Origin: Balanoglossus misakiensis
Taxonomy: Eukaryota > Animalia > Hemichordata
NCBI GenBank assembly: GCA_040954595.2
Contig: CM082578.2
Coordinates: 15,236,998-15,300,997, forward strand
Direction of reading: 5' to 3'
DNA length: 64,000 nucleotides
In this document: positions 51,164-64,000 of the stretch, piece after piece
How the letters are laid out: each line of letters starts with the position of its first letter
How positions within the stretch are numbered: position 1 is the first letter of the stretch
Translations under genes and position numbers: made by a program
Notes under the pieces: generated by a model
Told to the model about the DNA's origin: nothing
The model's input: the letters and a program-made list of their open reading frames with translations, nothing else
Databases searched by the model: none

Positions 51164-54100
51164 AAAATCGAAGGAGTATACATGTAAGCGCGCTTGAGAG
51201 GCGGGCCAATCTCCTGCAAATTGATTAATTTCTAAATGACGGTAGAGTATGTTTCTTACCTTTAAAAGTAGAACACTGCGTTTTAATCTGTGTTAGAATG
51301 ATAGAATATTTAATGTCTCAGTAGACGTTATAATCATTAAATGTCATTAATGGTATCGTGCCATACGCACCGAGCAGCTAAGTGCAATTTTCGTAATGTT
51401 CTTTGCTGTATGTTTAATCCCATAAAATATTTAGCAGTGACGACATTCGTATAAGTCTTTAAGACGGAATTCCAAGAATAAAAGCAAAGACCACAGTAAT
51501 TTTGGAAATGAGATGCCAGCCTTCTCCATTCACAGACCAATTAGTAAAGTTCCTACACACGAAATGACATCCAAGTTCTTCAGGTCTATCACTCGGTCAC
51601 TGCACTGTTCTTGATAATTGGGCGTGAAGTGGAAGATGCTTCAGGCTACGTCACGTGACTTTGAAATGCATATCCTGTTCACGCAGAAACATTTACCTTA
51701 CATGTCAACCGTGACTGTTCAATGAACTGCGCTAGTTTCTGCACTGAATTGTCGAAGACATATTTCACCAAAATTTTACATATATGTGAACACCTACAGA
51801 AGACGAACGAAGTCAAATGCTAGGAATCAGTGGTTATATTGGGGAAAATTCGAAAAATGTATTTGCATGGTCAGTGATTGAATATCCTTATTGGATCATA
51901 TTTTAAAATTAACAGGCGGAGGGTCACTACAATTGCACAATTCAGTGGGGGTCACTATTTTTCGTGGACCAAGACTTTGAAAAACACCAGCCAGGCCCCG
52001 CTCACTTGTCCAGACCCTTAGGAATCAGGCTTGCATGAAATTACAAACTAATACGCCTTTCATTCTGACTGAAATTAATTTTTGATATGTACGTTCTTAT
52101 CATGTATCGCGTAAACCTCTCTCACATGTGCTCTCAACTTCAATCAAAATCTATACCACCACTAGCGGGCGCTAATACAATACAAACACAGATTCGAAAT
52201 CAGGTGCTGATACACTGAGCAGTCCTTTACAACTCTGTACATGGTGATCGAAAGAGAACTTCTTACTAATTCTTTAGCGCCCTCTACCAGACGCTTGTGA
52301 AGGCAGCCTGATATGCTACGATGTAGTTTATCCATTAATCGTTTTGTATGTCTGCGAGTGACTTTCATTTGCCGGGATACTTGTTATAGCCAAAATAAAC
52401 TACATGCACATCATCCACTATATTATTCGGAAACACTTAAATGCACTCCGTTAACGGAACCATAAATTGCGAAGGGGCGTTAAGAGAGACAAACGCCCTC
52501 AGTGTTGAACGGTTTTAAGATGGAAACACACTTTCATGTCAGACACCTGTAAACTACGGTGACTTTCGGGGATCTTTACTTCTTCCAACAAATATGTGAA
52601 CATGCCGAGTTACGACACACTTCATTAGTATTATCGTACTATATGAGCACTTTGCTTGTAAAAATTCACCGCCTTCGTTAGATCTCTTAAAATCCGAACA
52701 AATAACATAAATCACGGTCTACTTTAATATCCTTCGCCATAACCTCTGCAAACTCAAAAGAAACCGTTACTTCCGTAAGGGTGTGATATGCAGGGTTTGT
52801 AACTAAACGTGACGGCCAGGTGGACGCTTTATGGGCCATGTTTATTCACGCGCGTTCTTTAGTCTAGGAAAGTAAATATGGTGTTCTTGTGAGACAAGTA
52901 TTGTCCAAGTCTGCCACCTGATCTCAACCGATAGGCCATTATTCTCCTACAGAGAAAGTAAGATTTACGAATGCTAAAAGCTTTCGGGTTAAAGAGCTAG
53001 ACAATTTTGATCCTCATATAGACATTTCTGCCAGATGAAATGCATAAATCTCAATCGTATAGTTCACGTTTATGCCATTTCATGATTCTTGATTTACGTT
53101 TGGCATTTATTCGTTTAATTTTTCAACAAATAAAAAATAAACTTAACACTTTGAGAAAGCGTTAATTGTGGCATGATACTAAGCAGTGGTCATATGTTAC
53201 GGGTTGTGAATTCATGCTCTCAGCACCTTGCAAGGAAAGTAGTTCAACATCTAGATCAAAGAGAATGGCAACAAATCATGGTAAAGATGCATAATGCCAT
53301 TAAGGCCAGCATTAAGCAGTTGAATCTCATATAATACTCGTAAGTATTTTTTCGCACACGCATAAACAACCGCACAACAGGCAGACGAACGAACGACTGA
53401 ATGAACACACAAACTAACACACACACGGACAAACAAAGGCAAACATGGCGAGGGCAGTATAAATCTGGACTGAAGCATTATGGGATTACGTGAGATCTTT
53501 AAATTGTGATTGTGGGGGAAATTGAGCATGTGTCAATGTGTAAGCACAAAGCTGCCGACACTTGATGACAAATAAATCATGATAAAACTGAAATGGTTAC
53601 TTAATTATTATTGGCACTTTTTATCATCTTTATATCCAATAAATTACCTAGCAATTTCGGGTTAAGACATGAGAGGAAATAAATGTGAAAGAACACAGTA
53701 TGAATAATTTCCAGAGCCGCGCGGCTAACTACAGAAGGAAGAACATGAATGTAAATTATCGTTAATTGGGAAGTAACGTGTACCTAGATCATCTTGGCTT
53801 CAAAGTATAGATGTAGGAATGTGCTTAAGGCGAAACCACAAATGAGAGTTAGGGCATTGTACTTAAACAAGTGCAATTATAGGTCAGTCACACTGGCCGG
53901 AATTTTAAACTAGAATGATATCTCAATTTAAGTCATAATTGTCCCTTTTCCGTTGAGTTGTCTCAAATTTCTCATTAATGATTTGATGTGTTTTTTTCCT
54001 CAGTTAGTGAATTAGTAGACATATGCATCTCTTACCTGACCATTATTATGCATTACTAAACTTGGTTTACATCTAAGTACGAATTTGGCATATGGTGTTT

Positions 54101-57100
54101 AATCGCGCGATAACAGCCACGTTTTTATCACAATTGCGCCAGCACACAGTTCCTAGAGCACACTCGAGAAAGGAACGTTCACAACACGGAAATAATCTGT
54201 TGACGTCGACCGCCTGTCTGAAAGCAGAAACGCGGGAGCTGCTTAATCGGTTCCTGAACGTCGAAAGTGCACGAACAACCCAGTTGCGCAGAACATTGAA
54301 CTGTTTTATGGTCAACAACCAACTTCAAAGACAACGCTAAACGATTCGCATTTATTTCGTGATATCAAACTCGATCCGGATGAAAAGGACGAGGTGAAAT
54401 GTGATCATTAAAATTGATGGAAATAGTTTTGCGATCAAATTCCAGAAGTCGTAAAGTAATGCTAATAGATCTTTACTTTCAACGCTCTTTTGTGCCATGT
54501 AACTATTTTTCTTGTTTTATTCGTAAGGGCTGTGACCTTCAATTAAATCTGCCTGATTAGAATAGTCGTAATTCGCAGCCAGGATTCGTGACATAGGTAG
54601 TCATGTGACATTTTGATGAAGTGTTAATCAGTCGCTCGGGTGCGGTGTTTTCCCTCTCCACAAAACAGGAAATCACACCGCTATTTTTGTCCATTGCAAT
54701 ACTGTGAGTTCTATTGTAGGTGTTGAACAAGGCATCCATCAAACCTCGGCCTTACTGCGCCAAACAGTACATGATGAATAATGAGCGGATATTCTAGAGG
54801 ACGCGTGCACTTGTTGACTGCGCATTTTCCCCACAACTCTTTACTTCTACATAGCTAGCAAAGACCATATAAATGACCCTTAACTTGATAGTCAACAGAT
54901 CCATCTACTCAACAACAACCAAAACATTTTAAATTTTTGACGACACGTGACCCTAATTAGCGTCTCTTCCATAACATTACATTTGTTCAGTTCACAAGCG
55001 TTCAAAGAAAGTACATCGCTGGTGCAGTGAGTAGTTTAATAACCTTTTCCAGAGAGGCGTGTGCCCACAATGTAAGCGCACTAACCTATATCATTAGCCC
55101 ATTTAACAAACCTCAGTACAACGCAACTTAATCGTCGTTTCTGCAGACAGTGTATACAACAATATGCTAAAATGCCTGACAGGTATTCAATTACACACGT
55201 GTCTCCAAGCCCTACTGTATATCATCACAAATAAATGACATTTGACTATTACATTTCCGTTATGATATTGATGCGAACCGCCCACGTGTGTGGAAATAGT
55301 CGACCCAAGAATTATTGTTTTCCAAAGACTCATAAAAAGTTAAAAAAAATGTGAACGTCAGTAAGGAACAAATACGTACTGAGCTATTCATCATAATCCG
55401 TCGGTGTCATAAGAAATGTATGGCAACATGACTTGTGTAAACATATTTTGCTGAAAAAGCCCTCAGATAAAAGTATCTAGAATAGATATATCTCACGATC
55501 TAACCAATGGCTATACACATTGAGTTGTTTTGTACGAGCAATGATGCGCGCCATCCTTTAGGCTGAGTGAAAGGTCTGCATATTACGCAAAGACGTGTGG
55601 ATGTCGTCGTTCAGGAAACGATAAGGACCACAAAAAGGGATAATGGGATTTTGAAGAAGAAGAATGCGCGCTGAACAACGGTAAAAGACTGACAAATAAA
55701 ATATTATAGTACATTGTCAGCGATATTAGGTGGATCTCCGGGAGCCAACAGCTATTGAAACACCGATGAACTGATAATCCGAATGAACACATATTTGTAA
55801 TGCACTACACTACACTAACCAATTAACTGATTCATAAAATCACGGTTTGATCATTGGTAGAATATGACCATGAAATATTAAGTCCTCGATTCAAAGAGCA
55901 GGAAGTCGACATAACGACGCCGTATCGTTTGAAGCTCTTTTCTTAAACACCTTCCAATTAACATTGAATCTAACCATTCTATCGATCTGCCCATCTTCCC
56001 TCTACTGTGTATGATCTGCCACATGTATTTTCGATCTTCTTATTCGATAACTTAACCTGCCACATGTGCGCCGACAGCCAGACAAACGTGGCTCTTTTGA
56101 GCGTCTTCCGGGGCCTGCCTTTATCGGTGCAAATATGTCAGGTGCGTCAACGATTACCTTCGACTTCATTTGAATAAAGAGTGGATTAAGGGCGATATGG
56201 CCTATTCAAATTGATCCCGGCGATAAAAATGCGCACGTACATTATAAAAGAAATGAAGAAGAAGAAATGTGCTTTTTTACGATGCGTTTGAAAAATGACC
56301 TTAATTTACAAGCTACAACGAATTAACACAGGGAGATACATTGTGACACAGATTCGATACAGTTCTATTGGTCGGGGGTAGTTATACTAGTTTTCTTCTC
56401 TATTTTTGCAGTTGGCTATGCTCAAAGGTCTTCAAAACCTGAAGTTATGCGAAATCTTTCACGCGTACCTGACTTTATATAGCGTACTTAATACTCGAAG
56501 TTGTTTATCGGCAGAGATAGGTTTAATTGTTGTATGGCGTGGTGGTTATAGATGGCCAGCACGTATTGAATTGTTCCACACGTATTGTGTCTTGGTGTGA
56601 TTACGTTCGCCATTAAATGTGGCGGTAAAACTCATCATCACAGTACTAAGCTAACGGAGTACTAAAGGTTGGCCTCTCTCTACGCCGGACTGTGGACACA
56701 TGGGTCTGTGGTAATGAAGTTTTATTACGAGCATCGCAAAATGAAAGTGTGAAGTTACAATAAACGAATAGACAAAAGCAAATATATGCTTTTATTTCCT
56801 GTTCATGTGGCCCTAAAATATCTGTCATGATATTAAACACAAGGTGACTAATTTCATTACGTGTTGTGTTGGGGAAAACAGCCCACTGGGATGCGGTGTT
56901 TTCTCTCAAAACTCAAACCGCTTTACAGCCCGAAGAAAAAAAACCTATAAACCTGCAACAAGATTCAAATCACACTCTGTGGCTATGCGCTCGAAAGACC
57001 CACCCGATACCCTCAAACACACTGAGCGATTTCTCAAAGATAATGTCCAACATCAGTATTCAAAGGAATCTAGTATTGAAACGCTGTATCTCAAACAGGT

Positions 57101-58610
57101 ATGACCATGTCATATGTTAACTTCAGCCTATAGAGTTTCTTTAAAAAAATCAGCTTACCCGGCATCTCCATTCTGAGCATAGGCTTCCGTGTTGATGGAC
57201 ATGTAAGTGATGTATTCAAGTCATCGCAAGATAGGCACATTGTCTATAATAGAACCCATAAAAATATACTGATTAAAAAGTTGATGTATGGCACTGTATA
57301 AAACTATAGGAAATAGCTGATAGTTTTAGCCCGATTTCATCTTAGGAAACGATGCGTGCGTTGAAGGATAACTTTTTCCTGTGAGCTTTTTCAGAATAGA
57401 AAATTTACCGAGGGACTCTATATGATGAAAATATCTCCGGGGATTTGTGTCAGGATGGCTTATGCAAGGGAGAGTACGTCGTGTCCAGCGGCAAGGTTTT
57501 TTTGGAGTTGATGAGACGGGAGCGTCTCCCTGAGACTGTCATCGTACGAAACAAAAGCAATTTCCTCAATCAACCTGCTAATGTGTGAATGACGGTGTTC
57601 GTGAATCATCGGAAATGAAAACTATCTTTGTATTAGAGTGTAACTGTTGATATATGTCTTGAAACCTTATGACATTCGGTTGGGCAAATTAGCTGCTGAG
57701 TTTAATAAGTCGATGAGATTAATTTTGTAACGCTTGTTTTAGTAAGTAAAATACGCGTGATTCGCGTCGCTTTGTACGTTCCATATTCTACATACCATGG
57801 CAACACTTCCGGCATTGACAATGATGTAATCATGTTGCTGCCATCGGTTAAATTTAGCCTTAAACATATGAAAAGGGGATTTTCAACTGTTGATGGCAGT
57901 GCACATGCGCACGAAGGACAGCGAACAGTTAGCAGGCAAAGTATACGTGGTCTGCGCATAAAAGCGGGAACCACGTCGTTTTATCAAGCAATTCCCGACT
58001 AATTACGAGACCTGTGAATGCCATTAAAGTGTGCACAAGCCTCAGGCTTTTCATTTTCCGCAAGCCTTCATAAAATGACAATACGAAACGTAAGTTTAAT
58101 AGGATGGCAGACTATTTGACAACCTTCAGAAAACATCTGTTCACACGATTAATTCAAAACGTCCGCAAACTACTGAAGTTTATTTTTCCGTGGTTGCAAA
58201 ACCATGCATATTTAGTTGAGTTTCTCTTACGTCCGTCCCTCTTGGAGCATTTATGAGACTAGCATGCGGCATGACAACTTCCAGTTACTCAATGTTTTGC
58301 ACAGGTTTGTTACTTCGTCGTTCCACACCATGGAAACCGACACTACGTTTCAAGGATCGAATCCACTACCAATTTAACGGAATTCGCCGCTATGTGTATA
58401 CAAGTACAATTATCACACCATTTGGGATGAGTAATGGGATTGAAACAGACTTTGCTGGTGAAAGAAAGAACGGCAGATTTTTCAAGCCAAAAGGTTTAAT
58501 TTAAGCTGGATTTTATCTATAAAAGACAACCCTATATTAAGGATTATATTGGGGTTTCAAAAAGCCATTAAAAGTATGAATACATTAATCAAAATAGACA
58601 GTTGGATGCC

Positions 58611-58688
58611 GGACAAACAGACAGGCATACTGACAGACAGACAGGCAGGTAGGCAGGTGGGAAGGTGGGTAGAGAGGTAGGTAGGTAG
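58611..58688. repeat. Degenerate (GACA)/(GGCA)/(GGTA) microsatellite
   Basis: Directly visible. Confidence 0.85.
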
Positions 58689-61600
58689 AAGATATTTACA
58701 ATATAGCTTGTTCACACACTTCAAATGAACCATGATATATATTAGGTTTAAGGTTAGTACAAAATTGATTCCTTGTGCTATGTAATGGAAGTAAAATACT
58801 TTGATTTAAGGTGATTGGAACATAGTTTCACGACAAGCCTCACCAGTTGATATTCTAAAATACTGCCAATAAATGAAATCTTAACGACTCATGCCGCGGT
58901 GATAATGGTGCCATTTTACGGAGGTTATATCTGAAACTTAATCTAGAAGTCGGATCCTCGATGTATACGTGAAAGCCCGAGTGATAAATTACGCTCGGCA
59001 ATATAATGTTTCCCGGTGGTTTATTGTGATGAAGAACGCCTTGACGCTATCTCACATAGGGCACGTGCGTCCGAATTCAATTTATCATTCGGAGGCACAA
59101 CAGAGACGACGACAACAACAAGGTAACAGAGGCGTGCACAGATGAAAGCAGTGAGAACGTTTTTGTGCGTATCACACTCGACTGTTTTCATCAGAACGAC
59201 ATCAGCCAGCACACTTAACCAAAGCGCAAAGTGTAACCCTGTTTCTCTATGTCCCAAATAACATATGCGAAAAAGGGCACTAGAATCTTCTCTATATTCA
59301 TAGCAGGGTAAATCCTCCGCACTGAATTACAAAAATTACCCGTCATCAAACAGATCATGTCTTACAAAAAATAGATAATAACAAAGGTGAAAACTTACCC
59401 ACAAGGTACATTTATCAACATTTTCTCAAGAAGCGTATGATGACATTGCCGCCGGGCCAAGAAACTCATTATCGAGAGCTCTTCATTCTATGCGATGTGA
59501 ATAGTTGTTGTTTTTTTCTTTTTCTTTTATATTCATCCTGAAATTATAAGACCGTATTTCATTCTTCAAAGAAAATTACATGGACGCGTACCCACATATG
59601 TCATTTCCACAATGAAGGGTGGATGTTATGGATTTTGAAAAAGAAATATGTTATGTGTACCTATGTACTTGTTTGATATTCAAAGAAAAGTTTGACCAGT
59701 ACAAGTCGTGTTCGTAAAGGTGAAAGCATGCATATACAGTCATATTGAATACAAAGCGAAGGTGCCAATCAACATATTATTCGATTATGTCGCCGTTCGT
59801 GGATACTGGATATGCATGCACACAGACTGACCTCGCTCTCTAAATGATAATTAATGCTCAGGATGGCGCCCTCTACGCCAATTACACCCGCGTTGGGCAA
59901 TGTTGTTTCAAGTTATTTTTCCGATAAATATAGGCAGTACAGACTTAACGTTGGTAGGGTGAATCGTGATATGCTTCTTCGCACATGCGCAATAATTTTC
60001 AATTGTTTTGATTTATCGCGAAGGACTTGTCAATGACGTACGACAGTCTCTTATATCCGGTGTTAGTATATACCAAGGAACTATTTGCTCCATGAAGTTC
60101 GTACTCAGCTCGTCGATGGGAACTGTCATTGGTGAATACACAATGTATTTTGAAAGGAGCATTGTCTAAATGTCTTCGTGAGGACTTCATGGGTATCTAT
60201 CCCAGAATTTAGACGTTTTCAATGATACTCAAGCATATCATGGTATAGAGGCGAACAAACGGCGTCGTTTTTTCGAAATAATCACTGGGATTTATACACC
60301 CTATTGTGTTAATCCATAGCGATCTAGCAGAGACATCTGAGAAGGTCTATATGTTAATGCACACGCGTACGCTTTTGTGAAGAACGCCAGATAAGTCGCT
60401 AGCGGATTGTCAGCGAGGCAGCATGTACTCTAGCTTGTATACTCAACTGTGAAGACGATTGTAATACCATTTTCATGAAGCGGGTAAGTATTAATCCAAT
60501 CCGATCCTGATTTTTTCCCGCCACAAGAGACGTGCCGACTCAAACGTGCCGCCAAACGATCGGTGCAAGGCAGTAAGCAGCGACTGGCCATGTTCAGTGT
60601 GCCTTGATTCGATACCGAGGAGGTTCGAGACAAGGCATAAAGTTTACACAGCCGCTGTTGGCAGTTTTCAACTCTTTGATTTACGATCAGAATCCCGGAG
60701 TATTTGTATTGCGGTATGTTATCGATTTCCGTTAGTGTCCTGTTGAATGCGGTACCAAGGCAGTATTTCACCACTAATAGAATTAGCTGCAGCAATGACG
60801 TAATGTTGATACCGCTCGTTTTGTATCTTTGTAATGGGGGGTTTCAGCTGTTTTTAAAAAAGACTGAAACAGTCTCAGTGTTTTGTTTGTATACTCTAAA
60901 AATCCGCGCGAAATCCACGTATTTTGTGGATAAATCTTCACGTGAAAACCTGCAATTCCAGAAATCCCTGTACTCCGTTAAACACGGCGTCGTAGTGTTG
61001 TCTGTGCAAGTAGTTTCACACTCGGCGGTCACAGTTCTCGAAAGGCGAAAGTAACCGATAGTTATTATAAATGACAGGGTTTCGTCCCAGAAGAGAAACA
61101 CAACCACGGAAAAGATTGCGCCTGTCAAACCAGGTGCGCTCATTCTTGGGGCGTTGGACGACCATGCTTTTGCAAAAGTAAAATCGCAGTAGCAACGACA
61201 TATTTTATACTTTGTGGAAAAAGGCCTAGGTAAGCATATTGGTTACTTGGACAGTTTTGTGTGCAAAATGATCGCTTGCACTGATAATGTAGTTTTCACG
61301 ACCGCTTTACGCAGGGCACTAAATATTACCGATACTGCAATTTATCCGCAGAAGGATCAACTGACAAGATCTGAACAAACAGTAAGACAGACTGTGGTCA
61401 GAATTTAAAAAAACCGGACTTAACAAGGCCTGCAAACGACATTAGAAGTGTCGAATAATCCGCCTAACCCCTGGCATGCTAAACACGGAGTGTAGACATC
61501 AACTGCGTGTTTATCGTCAAGAGCGAAGGAAAGTGATATTGCTATTTTGTTCTCACCTAAAACTCGAGAGAAAATTAATTTCCGCCATCCCTGACAATTT

Positions 61601-64000
61601 CGTCTCTATAATATCAAATAAGTCTATGGCATTCAGGCCGCGTTTCATTTTTAGGTCTAATTTGTTCGCCTTGACAGTTATATTACACAGTGTTAGGTGG
61701 ATATAGCATGTGATTTAATTGTGTTGGATTCGTAACTTAGTGAAGCAAATTCACCCTTGCATGCATCCGCTTAATGGTGCATGACCGTATTAAAAAATCG
61801 AAATTTTTGCTAACTGTTTCGTGTGACATTTTAAATAAATTAGCTCATGAACTTTTGGCGTGGGCGTGGGTCTCAGTGCAAGTCTTTTCACTGTAATCCG
61901 ACTTACAATCAGATGTGGAAAGGTCGTAAGACTTCACAGTAAGAGAAATGCAACACTTCCTACATTATAATAAAACACGGAGACAGAATGAAAGCAAGAA
62001 TCTCGTACTTCATTGTGGTTAGCGCGGCGGGTAGCCCTATTACAGTACCTGAACCAATTTTACTGAGCAGTGAACACTGAAGGCTACATGGATCTATTCC
62101 TTATCTACACACAGTCAGTTACAAAATTACAACTATGAAATATTAGGCCATTACGGCCACAAAAGTTACTAATGGGTTCACCATTTTGACATTTTGATAT
62201 TTTTTCGCAGAACCAAGAAAACACAATGATTTAAGACTGCTGGGAAGAAATCGTGTTTGATAAAATTAAAGTAATTAACAGAAAAAACAGCTTGATTATT
62301 AAGTATAGGCCCTATACATTAAAATCTTTCATCGAATGTTTAATCTAGTCTGTCTACAAGCAGAGTAGAGGTTGTTTAAAGTTGACCAGTAAGCATGTTT
62401 GCAGAAGTTAAACAGCATAGACAACTTTGCGCATCAATTTGACCAAAATAAGTCGAGAGAGAGATCGACTTTGTCCCTTTAGCGTTGCAAAAACTGATCC
62501 AACCGTGATATTGAGCATTTAGCTATCCGTATGAAGTTGTCAACCGCGCATGTTGCCCAGTTTACATGGAACTTAAAAGGCCCTGCAACGCAGAAGATTT
62601 AGATAAGACAAGCACACAATTACATACAGACAAGTAAATTGAAATTCCGCGTAGTTCTTGACGTTCAAGAGAGATAATATCACAAATGACGTCACGGAGG
62701 AAATCTGTTCAATCTGGAACTTGAAGATGAAAATTGATGCACAGCAGCGAATGGTGCAAATGTCCACTTCTGACAGCGATCTAAACTCCATTATCACTTC
62801 GATATACCGACGAAAATTGAAATGTAATGAACACATATTCATCTACGGTTTCCTGTGCTTTCAAACGACAATCACGAGGAAAAACATCTTTGTGTTTTAG
62901 TATCAAAACACAGTTATATAGGATATGCGCAAAATGGTGATTTGTAATGAGGAAAAATGCTATTTGGCAAGAATAGGAGCGCTTTTACTGAGTGATCAAA
63001 GCAGAGCACATGTTTACGTGACGGTACAGCAATGGTCAAAGTCACTGCCTCTCTATAGCTGTGTTCTTGGTCATGCATTAACACAGACGAGTTTTTCAAT
63101 AGTTGGGCGTTTCCAAAAACGCCTTTGGTGTAAAAGAAAACTGTACTGTCAGTTTGGATCTTGATCGTATTTTTACGAGCAGATAATAAGCAATACGGCC
63201 ACCTCTGGAAATTATGCTACCGTTGCCATGGCAAATTGAGATCTAGCCAATCAAAGATTTTCAGTGTGTGGCACACGCGAAAAAAAGAGCGCCACCATAT
63301 GTTCATTAGAACACTTAGATACGACATTTGCCTTTGCATACGTAAATTGGACGTGATCGTGTACCTTTAATAAATTATAACATACTACATCGTAATATAC
63401 AAGATGTGAGCGTAGAACAAACGTATTCGAAACGCTTCCGTAGATCGAAGAATATATATAGAAGAGCACTTTATGTGAAGTTTCCGATGAAAGGTTACTG
63501 TGTGATGGCAGAATCTTGCACCATTCGATCAATCGACCTATGACCTTTCTCAACAGATACGCAGTACAATGTCGCCAGTGGGCGAAGCGAATGTTTTGTG
63601 GCTGACTAGCTAGTATATGTGATATATATGCACCTGTAAAACAACCTTTCTCTCTTTGGTTTTCCGACAAAGGCCTATCGTTTAGATATCAATGCACTAT
63701 TTACAGCAATTTTATATCTAGTCCGATGGGAAAGGTTATACAGCTATATCACAGCTGTGATCGCTTCGCCGTGAATAGCGTCTCGGTTGGTGATATCGTC
63801 GCAATACACACTTTCTGTAATTGTGCAATATTTCAGGAATATTTACGCAAGTCTCAGGGGAGATTGCGTATACTATTTCCCATGTGTGCAGGAAGGGCAG
63901 TGCCAGTAATTACACTCTCAAGGAAAATTGCTGCTAATGCGTGTTTCCGAAATCCGTTACCAGAAAAGTCAAAGAAATTCTATGTCTTGCTTGAATGTTA

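Noticed and set aside
51915-52020. Two GGGTCACTA motifs ending in CCCTTA, reminiscent of a MITE end
   Set aside because: Too short and degenerate; no other end found.
54073-54410. Overlapping ~80-codon ORFs on both strands
   Set aside because: No family motifs or convincing splice boundaries.
62573-63670. Several 60-139 aa ORFs near the window end
   Set aside because: No recognisable domains; lengths are compatible with background.

Overview
Eukaryotic genomic DNA, AT-rich, with splice signals, microsatellites and a class A GPCR. The style suggests a marine invertebrate such as a hemichordate or echinoderm, but that is inference only. Positions ~1013-24760 are one very homogeneous tandem array of an 87-bp monomer (~273 copies). 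The giant ORFs in the track are a by-product of one stop-free frame in that monomer. The array is bracketed by a GT/GTCT microsatellite plus a spacer-less 48-bp foldback on the left and a stem-loop on the right. This resembles a non-autonomous Helentron (HINE/DINE-1/pearl-type) element whose central repeats have expanded to ~24 kb. Variant monomers show nested higher-order structure: a 28-33-monomer period, and an exact 61-monomer (5296 bp) duplication marked by a palindromic scar. The remaining 39 kb is mostly intergenic. It holds a decayed BEL/Pao LTR retrotransposon 5' end (LTR, tRNA-His-type PBS, gag), one intact GPCR with an uninterrupted CDS (40647-41660) lacking the canonical TM3-ECL2 disulfide, and a decayed Crypton/DUF3504-type tyrosine recombinase next to a 56-bp palindrome. 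A probable last exon of an upstream gene lies at 46-165. There are no prokaryotic systems (CRISPR, operons). I cannot claim a proven new system; the best leads are the array-bearing element, the recombinase/palindrome pair and the atypical GPCR. All family calls were made by eye, without database searches.
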